DNA of 64,000 nucleotides. Source: the human T2T-CHM13v2.0 reference genome, Homo sapiens. The notes under the pieces were generated by a model. That model ran no database searches. It was not told where the DNA came from and was given only the letters and a program-made list of their open reading frames with translations. This document shows, piece after piece, positions 16,590 through 31,810 of the stretch (the first letter of the stretch is position 1; each line of letters opens with the position of its first letter). Position numbers and translations under genes: made by a program. Location: NCBI RefSeq assembly GCF_009914755.1, contig NC_060931.1. One strand, 5' to 3'.

Positions 16590-17417
16590 TCGTTGAAGGA
16601 TTTTATTGTGTAGTCCTTCATAGAGTCCCTATTTTGAAATAAGGATTCTTCTGGCATGTTGGATGGCACAGATCTTATTTTGTGTGTTATAGTCCCTCAC
16701 ATCTAGTACCTTTAGCATCCCTAGATACCACTATCTGTCAGTAGTAACTTCTAGATGTGATTACTTAGATGACTCCACTTATTTCTAAGTTCCCTTTGGA
16801 GTGGTGGTACCACCCAGCATGAGAACCACCATAAGAGGTGTAAGTCTCATCTGTGGCTTATGGATGAGGTTTATGAAACCTTGTGATAATCAGGGGATGC
16901 TGAAGGTTTTTGATGTGCTGATTTTTGGGTTGATTTTGGTATAAATTGTTATTACTGATTTAACATCCTCCTAGATTATTAAAGGCAAAATCAGCTCAGA
17001 AATAGAAAATGGGTGATAAGTAATACATTTCTAAAGAGAGAAGATGAAAATTTTATTTTATGTTTTAGTTAAGATCTCGTAACATTGACTATATAATGAA
17101 GAGGTCAGTAAACAGCAATTTCGTGATTTTTTTTTTTTTTTTAACTAGCTTGATGCTTTGGGAAGGAAAATTAGGAAGCAAGTTTTGAAATCAATGAATT
17201 TATAAAACTTTTGTTTCTTTAATTATGTGTATAGAGAGCTAACTTACGGCAACTTAAGGAACTGAGTTTTCTATTAAAAATGTAACTAAAACGTAAATAC
17301 CTAAGCAGGTTTGCCTATTTTTCCTTATGGATGAATATTTACATATATCAATCATAGTTTTTCTAATATTTAGAAACCTGTAATAATTTGTCATTTTTTA
17401 CCTTCATGTTACTTCAG

Positions 17418-17499
17418 AGTATAAGTCAGAAACTAATGGCTGGATTTGTGGAGTGTTTGGATTGTGAAGATGCAGAAGAATTTGTACGTCTGGAAGAGG
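17418..17499 (+). CDS. NUP205: NUP205 exon 20 (SISQKLMAGFVECLD...RLEE)
   Basis: ttcag|AGT...GAGG|gtatgc; 82 nt. Confidence 0.94.
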
Positions 17500-17627
17500 G
17501 TATGCCTTAGATTAATGTGCATACACGCATTCTTTTACTTTTTATATATGCTTAATTTAAAGAAAACACTTGTAATTGTTAACTGTTTTAGTGATGGTGT
17601 AAGAGGAATTGAGAATTTGCTAGAATA

Positions 17628-17847
17628 CAGGTTGAGAATGCAAAATCCAAAATAAAATCTGAAACCTTTTGACCACCACCAACATGACTCTCAAAGGAAA
17701 TGCTCATTGGTTCATTTTGGATTTTGGATTTTTGGATTTTTGGATTATACATCAACCTGTATAATGCAAATATTCTAAAATTCAAAAAAATCTGAAATCT
17801 GAAGCACTTCTAGTCCCACACATTTCAGATAAAGAGTACTCAACTTG
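17628..17847. mobile_element. Tigger4a/MER46-type DNA transposon
   Basis: TA-CAGGTTGAG...CTCAACTTG-TA terminal inverted repeats with TA target duplication. Confidence 0.8.
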
Positions 17848-18023
17848 TAAATTTATAAGGTTTTTAGGATTCCACTTTAAATAAATCTGAAATGAATGTG
17901 ATAGATAATCAGGCAAACGATCTAAAGAAAACATGGAGTTGGAATACAAGTTTTGTATTTTTTATTTGACTTACGTTAACTTTCCACTGTTTTGTAATTT
18001 TGTTTTGTGATTTCTGCATTAAG

Positions 18024-18188
18024 GATCAGAACTTGAAAAGAAATTAGTTGCAATTCGTCATGAAACAAGAATCCACATCTTGAATCTTCTCATTACCTCT
18101 CTGGAATGCAATCCACCCAATCTTGCTCTCTACCTGTTGGGCTTTGAATTGAAAAAACCTGTCAGTACTACAAACCTACAAGATCCAG
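18024..18188 (+). CDS. NUP205: NUP205 exon 21 (GSELEKKL...TNLQDP)
   Basis: ttaag|GA...CCAG|gtatag; 165 nt. Confidence 0.95.
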
Positions 18189-18519
18189 GTATAGCCTAAG
18201 ACATAAAGGCATTTCTTTCCTTCCATATTTGTGTATCTCAGGGGTCACTGATTGCATTCTGGGCTCATGGGATAATTCATTGAAAGAAAAAGTGTAAGAA
18301 AGGTAATGTGATGGATGGGTCAGTTCTTTAGGGCTTAGAACAAGACTGGACAAACTGAGCTATAGAGAATCAGCCTTTATCAATTTTCTGTTATCAGTAT
18401 TTGAAAGAGTGTTTACAGTACAGCATATATTTAAAGAATTTAACTTTTGAAAAGGCAGTCTAAGATTTTAATGCAGCAATTCTAAAAGAAAAGTTGAATT
18501 TCTTTTTGGTTTCATGCAG

Positions 18520-18644
18520 GAGTGTTAGGTTGCCCTCGGACATGCCTTCACGCCATTCTAAACATCTTGGAGAAAGGAACGGAAGGGAGAACAGGCCCAG
18601 TGGCGGTGCGAGAATCTCCTCAGCTGGCTGAGCTATGTTACCAG
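18520..18644 (+). CDS. NUP205: NUP205 exon 22 (GVLGCPRTCLHAIL...ELCYQ)
   Basis: tgcag|GA...CAG|gtacac; 125 nt. Confidence 0.95.
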
Positions 18645-19077
18645 GTACACAGAAAACTGCGTTTTGTGGTACTGAATAGAAGAAACTTGACCAGGTGCAT
18701 GAGTACGCCACAGATATGACAGTATAACAGCAGGACTTAGTTGAAATGAGTTCATTTAGCAATTTGACCTGTCTTTCATTTGTGGATAAAATCCGTAAAG
18801 CACAAACCCCAAGTTCTTATAGACCCAAATCTTATGTTAATCACTTGAAAAATAGAGGAAATTAGATTTTTGTGATGGATTTTTACCAGTAGTGTAGAAA
18901 CTTTCCAACAGTGCTGTGTTTAAAGTAGCTCCTTCTGATGGGTCAGAAGACCTCTGGTTCCCATCTCTGCCCCATGACAGGTGAAGTCACCTTGGGCATG
19001 GCATGAAACGTCTCTGACTCTGAGTTTTTCAAACTGTGAAATGGACTGTTGAGAGACTTCAATGAGAATGTAAGTGA

Positions 19078-19595
<518 letters not shown>

Positions 19596-19695
19596 AGAAA
19601 GCACTTTTTAATAACCAAATAAATTAAGAAGTCCTGTATACAACTATGTTAGGTGGTAGAATGTCAGATTAACATTTAAACTATAATGAGGGCTG

Positions 19696-19997
<302 letters not shown>

Positions 19998-20090
19998 ACA
20001 TAAGTAAACTATAATGATAATTTATAATTTCGCTTGTTCACTTTTGTTTATTGTTTTATTCATTTTATAAGTGTTTTAAAAACTAGGCTT

Positions 20091-20406
<316 letters not shown>

Positions 20407-20473
20407 TTATAAGCTGTGACTAATTTCTCAATTTAAGTGTTACCCTAAATTTACATTTTTAGGATAAGAAATG

Positions 20474-20951
<478 letters not shown>

Positions 20952-21424
20952 TTAGTGTTACTGGCATGGATATTTTTCTTTGTTAATCTCCTGCTTTTCT
21001 TTTTGTAATTCTTTACTATCTTTTCTGTCCTCCGGCTGTCCAAACATCCCTTCACTGTAAGTACTATAGCTAGGTTTTCCTGTAAATCAAAATTAATTCT
21101 TCCTTATGGGGGAACAAATTTGATGTACATATTAGCACAGATTTACAGAATTTGATATATAAGTAGAAACAACTGATAAGCTTAACACCTAGGCTAATGG
21201 CAGGTGAAGTAAATGAATGAAGCCAGGGTCCAGTTAAGGGAGTGGGAGGAAAGGAGAATCTGGCAGACTGGAGAGCATGTGCCTTCCTACTCATCCCTGG
21301 CTTATTTTACCATGCCAGAGTGCAGGATTTGTTGGGCCAGATTGTCTGAATTTTTATTTTTATTTATTCATTTTTAAAAGAATTTGGAAATCTGAATTTT
21401 TGTTAAAGTTGTTCTAACTTTTAG

Positions 21425-21792
<368 letters not shown>

Positions 21793-21809
21793 TAACATAT
21801 GCTCTGTGA

Positions 21810-21941
21810 CCTTGCTACTCAAATATGGCCCAGGGACCAGTATCATCAGCATTATCTCCTAGGAGCTTATTAGTGCAGAATCTGAGGCCCCACTTTAGAC
21901 CTGATGAGTCAGGATCTGCATTTTTACAGAAAGCACTGCTC
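21810..21941. mobile_element. MER5A fragment
   Basis: ctactcaaa...accag..catcagcat...tgcagaatctgaggcccca...atctgcatttt. Confidence 0.65.
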
Positions 21942-22057
21942 CATTTATAACTAAATATACTCCCTATACCTATATGTTTGTACTTCACCCTGCTTCAGAA
22001 AAAAATTTAAACCTCTAAGTAAGAAGAGCTTGTTAGTTTAAATAAATCTGATTGTAG

Positions 22058-22580
<523 letters not shown>

Positions 22581-22948
22581 GTTCTCTTCTGATAGTATTA
22601 TTTCTTCCACTTGTTAGAGTATCTTCTTGTGTTTTCTTAACTCCCCCAGTAATAGACCTAACTGATTTTGTTTTGAGAAGTTCGGTATTAGCTTAAGTTT
22701 TTGTTCGTTTATAGAATATCAAAATGGTATCAAAACTGTTTAAAAGGTCAATGTACATCTGTAGCAGAGCTTTTTACTCTTTTCCTTGTCTTCTTTCTCT
22801 TTGTGTATATACATTGTTTATAGTTGTATTCAGTATACATGAAATTTTGTGTCTTTTTTACTCCTCTCTGTATAAACTTTCTGTGCTGCAACAATGTAAA
22901 TTACATTCAGGTTGTTTCCAGTTTTTTTTTTACTCTGCTGTAGCGAAC

Positions 22949-23062
22949 AAAAAAACAAAAATTAGCCAGGCGTTATGCCATGTGCCTGTTAATCCCAGGT
23001 ACTTGGGAGGCTGAGGCAGGAGAATCGCTTGAACCTGGGAGGTGGCAGTTGTAAATAAATAA
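22949..23062 (+). mobile_element. Alu right-arm fragment
   Basis: attagccaggcg...gaacctgggaggtggcagttg then (TAAA)n. Confidence 0.8.
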
Positions 23063-23102
23063 ATTACCTTTGGTTGTTTTGTATTTTTCTTAAGAATATA
23101 TT

Positions 23103-23439
<337 letters not shown>

Positions 23440-23442
23440 TTA

Positions 23443-24062
23443 TAGTCAGTTCTCGTTATTCACAGTAGTTGTGTTTTATAAAGTCATTGTGAAAACTGAA
23501 TTGGTGAATTCATTGCCCCTATGGAAAATACAGGCTAGGATTCCTGCAAGTGTCTGGTTCCAACATTCTTGTCAACTGATGAATTCATAATCATGTTTTA
23601 TGTGTGTTTCTGTTTAAAGACACCTTACTTAATGTAGTTGATTCATTAACATTAAACTCATAGCCAACAGCACTATAACTCAGCCTGAATGAAATTTATC
23701 TAATGTAGTATTTTATCTTAAAGGCATATCACAGCCTTTTTGCACTTAGGGACAAGGCAGCATTTCAGCACTATGCTTGGGGGCTGTTTTAAACAGCAAA
23801 ATCAACAAAAAGCACAAAAATGCAAAAAACGTGGCACTAAATAGACCATTTAAAGAACCCTTTTTATAGTATGATAGCTGGAACAGGAAAAGCATTGCTC
23901 CATTAGAGAGCATGAGAGTTCGGTGACTGCAGTTTGTAGCTGTTCTCCCGCGCATGAAGGACCATGGAAGCACTGCAAGTATTGATTTTGGGATTTTAAA
24001 TAAATTTTAGCATGTTAGGTGAATTTGCAAATATGGAATCTGTAAATAATGAGGATTGACTG
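23443..24062 (-). mobile_element. MER82 (Tigger-family) near full-length
   Basis: ~23-bp imperfect TIRs tagtcagttctcgttattcacag / ctgtaaataatgaggattgactg; internal match to recalled MER82. Confidence 0.8.
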
Positions 24063-24205
24063 TGTTGGGTCAAAGACTATCAAGAGTTTTGGCTTTAGAT
24101 TTTAATTCACAAGTAGTCATAACAATTATACTAGGTATTAATAGTGCTCAGAATAAACATGTCTTAAAGTGCCTGGTACATGGAAAGCATCTAATAAATG
24201 TTCAT

Positions 24206-24451
<246 letters not shown>

Positions 24452-24795
24452 TTATTATGGGCTATTTTTATTTTTCTCATATAAAATGTCTTTTACCATA
24501 TGGGCTACTTTTACCATCTGGGGTACTTAGATCTTTATGTTATTCATATCTGTAATGGAGATCTTTATATATATTAGAGCTAGCAACTTTTTCTTATATT
24601 TAATATAAGAACTTTTTCTCTTATCTATTCTTTTTTGTTAAATTTTTATTCAGTTTATTGTTATTTAGTTGAATTTATGGATCTTCTTTGTAATTTCTGC
24701 ATTTGCTTTAGTTTTGGTAATTTTAATCTTCCAGAGGTTGAGATGTAACTCTTATGGTTCTCAGAAGTTATTTCCAAGTAATTTGCTACTAATAA

Positions 24796-25101
24796 TTTTT
24801 TTCTTTTCTTTTTTTTTCTTTTTTTTTTGAGACAGGGTCTTGCCCTGTCACCAGGCTGGAGTGCAGTGTCATGATCTTGGCTCACTGCAACCTCCACCTC
24901 CAGGGTTTAAGTGATTAATCTGCCTCAGCCTTCCGAGTAGTTGGGATTACAGGCACACGCTACCATGCCTGGCTAATTTTTGTATTTTTATAGAGACAGA
25001 GTTTCACCATGTTGAGCAGACTGGTCTCAAACTCCTGACCTCAAGTAATCTGCCCACCTCAGCCTCCCAAAGTGTTGGGAGGTGAGCCACCGTGCCCGGC
25101 C
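24796..25101 (-). mobile_element. Alu
   Basis: antisense Alu; TSD tgctactaataatt. Confidence 0.92.
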
Positions 25102-25431
25102 TGCTACTAATAATTAAGCTAAAATACTAAAATGTACTATATGTGTATAGTAAAATTAACTATATGTGTATATATTAATAAGTATATTAATAATAGTTGT
25201 GTAATAATGTCACCAGCACTCCATTGTATTTCAGTGTATTTTCTTGAGCTAGGTTGCCAAGGACTGTTCATAACTCTGAGCTTATGTTTTGTGCATCTGT
25301 TTGTCCATTTTACTTGAGTTGTTGATGGGTCCTAGTTTTTCACTTAGTAGGTCTAAGTTCATATTTTGTTACCATAATATGTGTAACACAGAAAGACTGA
25401 TTCAGGGATTTTTCTTACTTTAATGCTTTAG

Positions 25432-25546
25432 GTCATATATCAGTTATGTGCATGCTCTGATACATCTGGTCCTACTATGAGGTACTTGAGAACCAGCCAG
25501 GATTTCTTATTTTCCCAGTTGCAGTATCTACCATTTTCTAACAAAG
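25432..25546 (+). CDS. NUP205: NUP205 exon 23 (VIYQLCACSDTSG...PFSNK)
   Basis: tttag|GTC...AAAG|gtaggc; 115 nt. Confidence 0.95.
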
Positions 25547-26550
25547 GTAGGCCATTATTTTCCCGTATTTATAAGAACACATTTATAATTCCATGTTAAG
25601 TGATTTTATTTATACAATATTTGGGGGAATTCTGTTCTCATTCTGATACTTTGGCTTCTTTGTTATTTTGGGTTCTTTTTGTAATTTCTGCTTAAAGAAG
25701 GCTGATATTTTAACTGCTAGCAAAAACTTATTTAAATATAGCCTATCAAGGATGGAATTTGATTCTCTTACAACAAATAAAATTTAAAGATTGTGTTGAA
25801 GGGATTAGAAAATTAATGGGAATTTAAAGTTTTTGAATGAAAATTGTTTTACAAAGATTTCTGATTTTCTCTTCCCAGGCTGTTTATGAGGAAAAAAAAA
25901 ATCCTGGTTTATTTTTGTTTCTTGTGTTTGTATTGAAACCAATTCAGATCTTGAAATGAAAAGTTGAAAACTAATTATGGTAGAAAACAGTTTTAACTTA
26001 GTTTATTGACATGGCTAACAATTATTCCAGGCTAATGCAGTCTTATCGAGATTCTACTTTATTTTCTTTTTGACCAACTTTTAACAGTTTTCTGAATTCA
26101 GACTATATTCAGACAGTCTTAGTCTGTTGAGTTTTTTAAAAGTTTAGCTTGTGTCATCTTTATGTTTTAGGAAGTTGAGGCTCACACATGCCATAAACAA
26201 ATTTCTATTACTAGTAATTGTCAGCATCTAATTTACCTTTTAGAGTAATGGCGTTAGACCTCTGAGAATTATCTAATGGCAAAAGGTTTTTCACTCTATT
26301 TTCATAAGTGTCTTATTTTTAGTTCTGGGATTTTGTTTAAGAAGCTTTTAGAAACCCTCTTTACACCTAATTAAAAATAAAAATTAACATCTTACCTATT
26401 ATGGTATGTGTTTTATAAAACTTCATTTAGCTTTGCCTGAAATTATTATTAGTATTGTTATATGGTTAATTTTATGTTTATACTGTCACAGTTTAGGGTT
26501 TCAATGTCAAGCATATTAAAATAGTATTGGATTAAAAAAATCTTATTGTA

Positions 26551-26698
26551 GGACCAGGCACAGTGGCTCGCGCCTATAATCCCAGTGCTTAGGTAGGCTG
26601 AGACAGGAGGAACACTGAGGCAAGGAGTTCAAGTACAGCCTGGGCAATAGAGTGAGACCCTGTCTCTACAATAAAAAATAAATAAATAAAAATAAAAA
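26551..26698 (+). mobile_element. Alu left monomer (FLAM)
   Basis: left arm + A tail; TSD cttattgta. Confidence 0.85.
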
Positions 26699-27188
26699 CT
26701 ATTGTATAAGTGATTCTCAGCCTTAATTAAATGTTAAACCACATCATTAATTGAGGTATTATAAAATCATGCAATTTAAGTTTAATTTTTCTTATGTATT
26801 TGTTTTGTGAAATCAAAACCAAACTATGATAGTTTTTTGAGTTATGTATTTGAAAATTACTTTAAAATATTGTTTTATATATCAGTGTCAAAATACGATA
26901 GATTCAGGATCTTTGTGAAATTAAAATCAGTAATGAAAACTTGATTCTCTTTTACTCTTCATTTACTTTAGCCCATCTTTCGTAAATTTATACTAGCTTA
27001 TTTTTTTCTTTCTTGGTATCTTTTTTTTCCTCTTGTAATTTTACAGAGTGAGAAATTATTATGTTGCTGAGTTTCATAAATTATTGACTTTGTTACATGG
27101 GAAAATATCTGTTGAGTTACAGAATTTAAGTCTGTTTTGATACTGTGTTATTACTCTGGGAAACAAAATTTACATGTTTAAATTCTAG

Positions 27189-27338
27189 AATATGAAATAT
27201 CTATGCTGAACCAGATGTCATGGCTTATGAAAACTGCCTCAATAGAGCTAAGGGTAACCTCTCTGAATCGTCAGCGGTCACATACCCAGAGGCTCCTACA
27301 CCTCTTACTGGATGACATGCCAGTGAAACCATACTCAG
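27189..27338 (+). CDS. NUP205: NUP205 exon 24 (EYEISMLNQMSW...VKPYS)
   Basis: tctag|AA...TCAG|gtgagt; 150 nt. Confidence 0.94.
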
Positions 27339-27927
27339 GTGAGTATTAGTATTTGTTTTATTGTGCTGGTGACTAGTTGTCGTGAAGACAAGCACAAATC
27401 TGAAGCTTGTGCTTAGTATGTGACTATAGACCAAAACTATCTTCTCACTTTTAGAATTTTTTTTTCTTAAAACACAAAAATTTTAACTCATCTTATGATT
27501 GTCATTTATTATTATTTTAAGCATCCATATTACACTATAGTCATACCGGTATTATATACAAAATTGTCAGTGGAGTTTGTCATACCGAGCCAGCATGACC
27601 TAAGCTATTTCAGTATGTATTATTCATGCAAATTAAGCATAAACTTTTAAAATCATCTCATTGGCATGATTGGGTCTTGCCATTTTTGAGAATCTGATTA
27701 TTCTCTTTACAATTGTGCAGTGGATTCCATAGGGACAGAAATAATTAGATTAATGTTGGTAGTAAATCCTCATCAATCTTTACATTTTAATTATCCATTT
27801 GCACAGGGCTCTTTGATGTAGAAACAATGACCTAGAAATAAGATACCTTGTGTTTGTTATTTCCAAATAAATAGTTTTAAGAGTATGTTCTTCTTTTTCT
27901 GATTCAATATTATTGATATTCCAACAG

Positions 27928-27999
27928 ATGGTGAAGGAGGAATAGAAGATGAAAACAGGTCTGTTTCTGGGTTCCTTCACTTTGACACTGCTACAAAAG
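27928..27999 (+). CDS. NUP205: NUP205 exon 25 (DGEGGIEDE...DTATK)
   Basis: aacag|AT...AAAG|gtaatg; 72 nt. Confidence 0.94.
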
Positions 28000-28362
28000 G
28001 TAATGCCCTTTGAATTTGTAATAAATTTATTTTATAGACATATATTAAAAAAAAAAAAACTTCAAGGGATTATTATGCCTGTGCCTCCAAACTCTGAACT
28101 GGTATAGAAAAGTTATATAAAGGATTAATTGCCACCTGAAAATTTTTTTTATAATAGGATTATACAAAAGGAAAGAAAATATTTTTGTTAATGGATGTAT
28201 CAGAAATAAAATCAAATTTAGATTCCAATACAGTTTTCAGTTTCTTGACTATTTTATGCTCTTTCTGAAAATAGCACTGTCTTTGAAAATCAACTGAATA
28301 TGATGGCTTGCCTTTCTTTTCAATGTCCCAAGTAAAATCAAATTACTTTTTATTATTTCTAG

Positions 28363-28520
28363 TACGTCGAAAAATTCTAAATATTCTTGACTCGATTGAC
28401 TTCAGTCAGGAGATCCCTGAGCCTTTGCAGTTGGATTTTTTTGATCGGGCCCAGATTGAACAAGTTATTGCTAACTGTGAACACAAGAATTTACGGGGAC
28501 AGACAGTCTGCAATGTCAAG
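28363..28520 (+). CDS. NUP205: NUP205 exon 26 (VRRKILNILD...VCNVK)
   Basis: tctag|TA...AAG|gtgagg; 158 nt. Confidence 0.95.
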
Positions 28521-28874
28521 GTGAGGATTGCTTTAAAGTACATATCTGCAGTGTCAAGTGGCTCAGACTTTAAGTCATCAGAAACAAATAGAACCATATA
28601 GGTTTTCTTTCTGATAGAGACATTGGTTTAGTAGTTTATAGGAAGGACTGTGATTTTTGTAAAATATCCCTGAAATAAAACTTAATATATCACCTAACTT
28701 CTTGAAAAGGGATACTTAATATTTTGGTCTGGAAATTGGACAGTGCTCCTGTTAGATTATATATAAAGGTATCTGACACCTTTCCCTTTAGGGCAGTTTA
28801 TGGTAATTGCTAGGTGTTACTGTTCTACCAGTGTCTGAAATGTCTTATTTTTCTTTCTTTTCCTAATTATCCAG

Positions 28875-28955
28875 CTTCTTCATAGGGTTCTTGTAGCTGA
28901 AGTAAATGCCCTTCAGGGTATGGCAGCCATAGGACAGAGACCTCTACTAATGGAG
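28875..28955 (+). CDS. NUP205: NUP205 exon 27 (LLHRVLVAEV...PLLME)
   Basis: tccag|CTT...GAG|gtaagc; 81 nt. Confidence 0.95.
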
Positions 28956-29684
28956 GTAAGCTCTATTGAGTATGTGTTCGTTTCAAACTTCTAACTACTT
29001 AGGTTGCTGGTGAAAAGACTAAAATAGTATATTGACATGTAGTTTGCTAATTAGTAAGCTGCCTAAAAATTAAACATTTAGGGAGTCTTTCACTTTTGAT
29101 TTTATAACTTTTATAAACTGAACTATCTGGTATGCCAAAATAAATAACACCTTTTCTGCTAGGCTAGTTAAGGATTTGCAACCTGACCATATTTCGTATG
29201 AGACTTCACTTGGTCCCCATCAGTGAGAGAGGAGGGTCATTTGTCATCACAAGTGGAAAGTTACAGATAAGAGGTCAGGTGGGAAGAACCACATGAATGG
29301 AGATACAGCCGGCCAGGCCAAAGCAAGAGGCAAAGAAATAAAAGAGATGTCAGAGAAACATGCCATTGAACTTGGAGTTTAGATAATTCTAGTGCTCTAG
29401 AGTAAGCAAGTATAAGTAGACAGGTACAAGGAGAAAGAAGATGGTGTCAAAAAATACATATTTATCTATGCCACTTCTGTCCCCTACCTTTCATGCACAT
29501 ACACACACATACACACCTTATATGTTAATATTTTTTATAGCCCTGGCTACTGAAATAATATGAAAAGATACCTGCTTCCTGGCATGCATGTAGTAGGTTT
29601 CCAAATAAATATTTTCTGAGTAACTGACAGATAACTGATCTTATTTGCCTGTTTAACCTTGTGATTCAATTCCTGTGGCTTTAG

Positions 29685-29876
29685 GAAATCAGCACTGTAC
29701 TTCAGTATGTGGTAGGAAGAAATAAATTGCTGCAGTGTCTTCATGCAAAACGTCATGCTCTGGAGTCGTGGAGGCAACTAGTAGAAATTATACTGACAGC
29801 TTGTCCCCAGGACCTCATTCAGGCAGAGGATCGACAACTGATTATTCGTGATATTTTACAAGATGTGCATGATAAG
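29685..29876 (+). CDS. NUP205: NUP205 exon 28 (EISTVLQY...QDVHDK)
   Basis: tttag|GAA...AAG|gtgacg; 192 nt. Confidence 0.95.
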
Positions 29877-30039
29877 GTGACGTACTTCCTAAAATACTTT
29901 ATACTGCTGAACGAATGTATCATTTAAACAAATATATTTTGGCATCCTAATTGTTTTCCATTTTCGATTGGGAGTAAAATAGAATTGTGCAATACCAACG
30001 TTAAGACTTTCCTTGAGAAAGGGATTAATTCTGTACAGT

Positions 30040-30220
30040 AGTGGCTCTCAACCAGAGTGTGTGTCTGAGTTATCTCGGGAGCTTTGTAAAAATTCACATG
30101 GACAGAGCCCACCCCAGACCTACTGAATGTAGTGGTGAGACCATTTATGTGAATTTCAAAAAGAAAACCTCCCTAGGGAATTCTGATAGGAATCCCTTCT
30201 GGTTAAGAACACCCATTACC
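30040..30220. mobile_element. MER5-type fragment
   Basis: cagtagtggctctcaacc...cccaccccagacctactgaat...ggttaagaac. Confidence 0.55.
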
Positions 30221-30314
30221 TAGCATCATGTTTAAATTTCTCTGTATATATTAGATTCCTTTCTTTCTTTCTTTCTTTCTTGACTAATTTCTGTATTCCA
30301 TTCTTATATTGTTA

Positions 30315-30626
<312 letters not shown>

Positions 30627-30695
30627 GCTATGAAATTTGTTAATGATTATAGCTGAAAGCAGGATTCTCACTCTAATTTGCCCTTGTCCTTTAAG

Positions 30696-30963
30696 ATACT
30701 GGATGATGAAGCTGCGCAAGAGTTAATGCCTGTGGTCGCCGGGGCAGTGTTCACACTGACTGCTCACCTAAGCCAGGCCGTCCTCACTGAACAGAAGCAA
30801 ACATCAGTCTTGGGACCAGCAGAGGCCCATTACGCTTTTATGCTTGATAGTTGCTTCACCTCACCTCCTCCTGAAGAGAACCCATTAGTGGGTTTTGCTT
30901 CTATTGGAGATTCTTCACTTTACATCATATTGAAGAAACTGTTAGACTTCATTTTGAAGACAG
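30696..30963 (+). CDS. NUP205: NUP205 exon 29 (ILDDEAAQELM...DFILKT)
   Basis: ttaag|ATA...ACAG|gttttt; 268 nt; weak donor but required for frame. Confidence 0.93.
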
Positions 30964-31062
30964 GTTTTTTTCATTTAAATTGTCTATAAATTCTATCTTT
31001 TGTATTTGTTTTAACTTTAATTGAGAAAAGATTTTCATTTGACATCTTCCTAATCTCCCTAG

Positions 31063-31161
31063 GTGGTGGATTCCAACGAGTGAGGACTCACTTGTATGGC
31101 TCTCTGCTTTATTACTTACAGATTGCCCAGAGACCTGATGAACCAGACACCTTAGAAGCAG
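31063..31161 (+). CDS. NUP205: NUP205 exon 30 (GGGFQRVRTHLYG...DTLEA)
   Basis: cctag|GT...GCAG|gtagaa; 99 nt. Confidence 0.94.
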
Positions 31162-31525
31162 GTAGAATGAGATCAATTCCTAATCTTTTCTGGATTGGGA
31201 GATGGTTACTTTAAATTGAAAAAAAAAATCACTTCTCCATCTTTTGACTAATCACAACTGTAAAAAATGAGTGTTAGTGTCATTTTTAAAGCATTTACTC
31301 AAAAGTTGAGGAAGAATGTTTAGTTTTTAAGAATTATGAAGTAGTACATGAGTACTACTTTTAAGATAACCTTCAAATAATACTTTAGCTTTATATACTT
31401 CTGTAACTCCCTCACTTGCCTCAAGTCCGACTGAACAGTGTGCTCTACATAGAATGGTCCAATGTCTTTCTTTCCTTTGTGCTACATCAGAGTACTTATC
31501 TAGTTGATTCTTTTAAAATATCTCG

Positions 31526-31810
31526 GCCTGGCATGGTGGCTCACGCCTGTAATCCTAGCACTTTGGGAGGCCGAGGCCTGTGGATCACCTGAGGTCAGGA
31601 GTTCGAGACCAGCTTGGCCAATATGGTGAAACCCCATCTCTACTAAAAATCAGAAAATTAGCAGCCATGGTGGCAGGCATCTGTAATCCCAGCTACTCAG
31701 GAGGCTGAAGCAGGAGAATCGCTTGAACCCAGGAGGCAGAGGTTTCCCAGATTGCGCCACTGCCCTCCAGCCTGGGCAACAAGAGTGAAACTCTGTCTCA
31801 AAAAGAAACA
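31526..31810 (+). mobile_element. Alu (Sq-like)
   Basis: Alu consensus. Confidence 0.92.
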
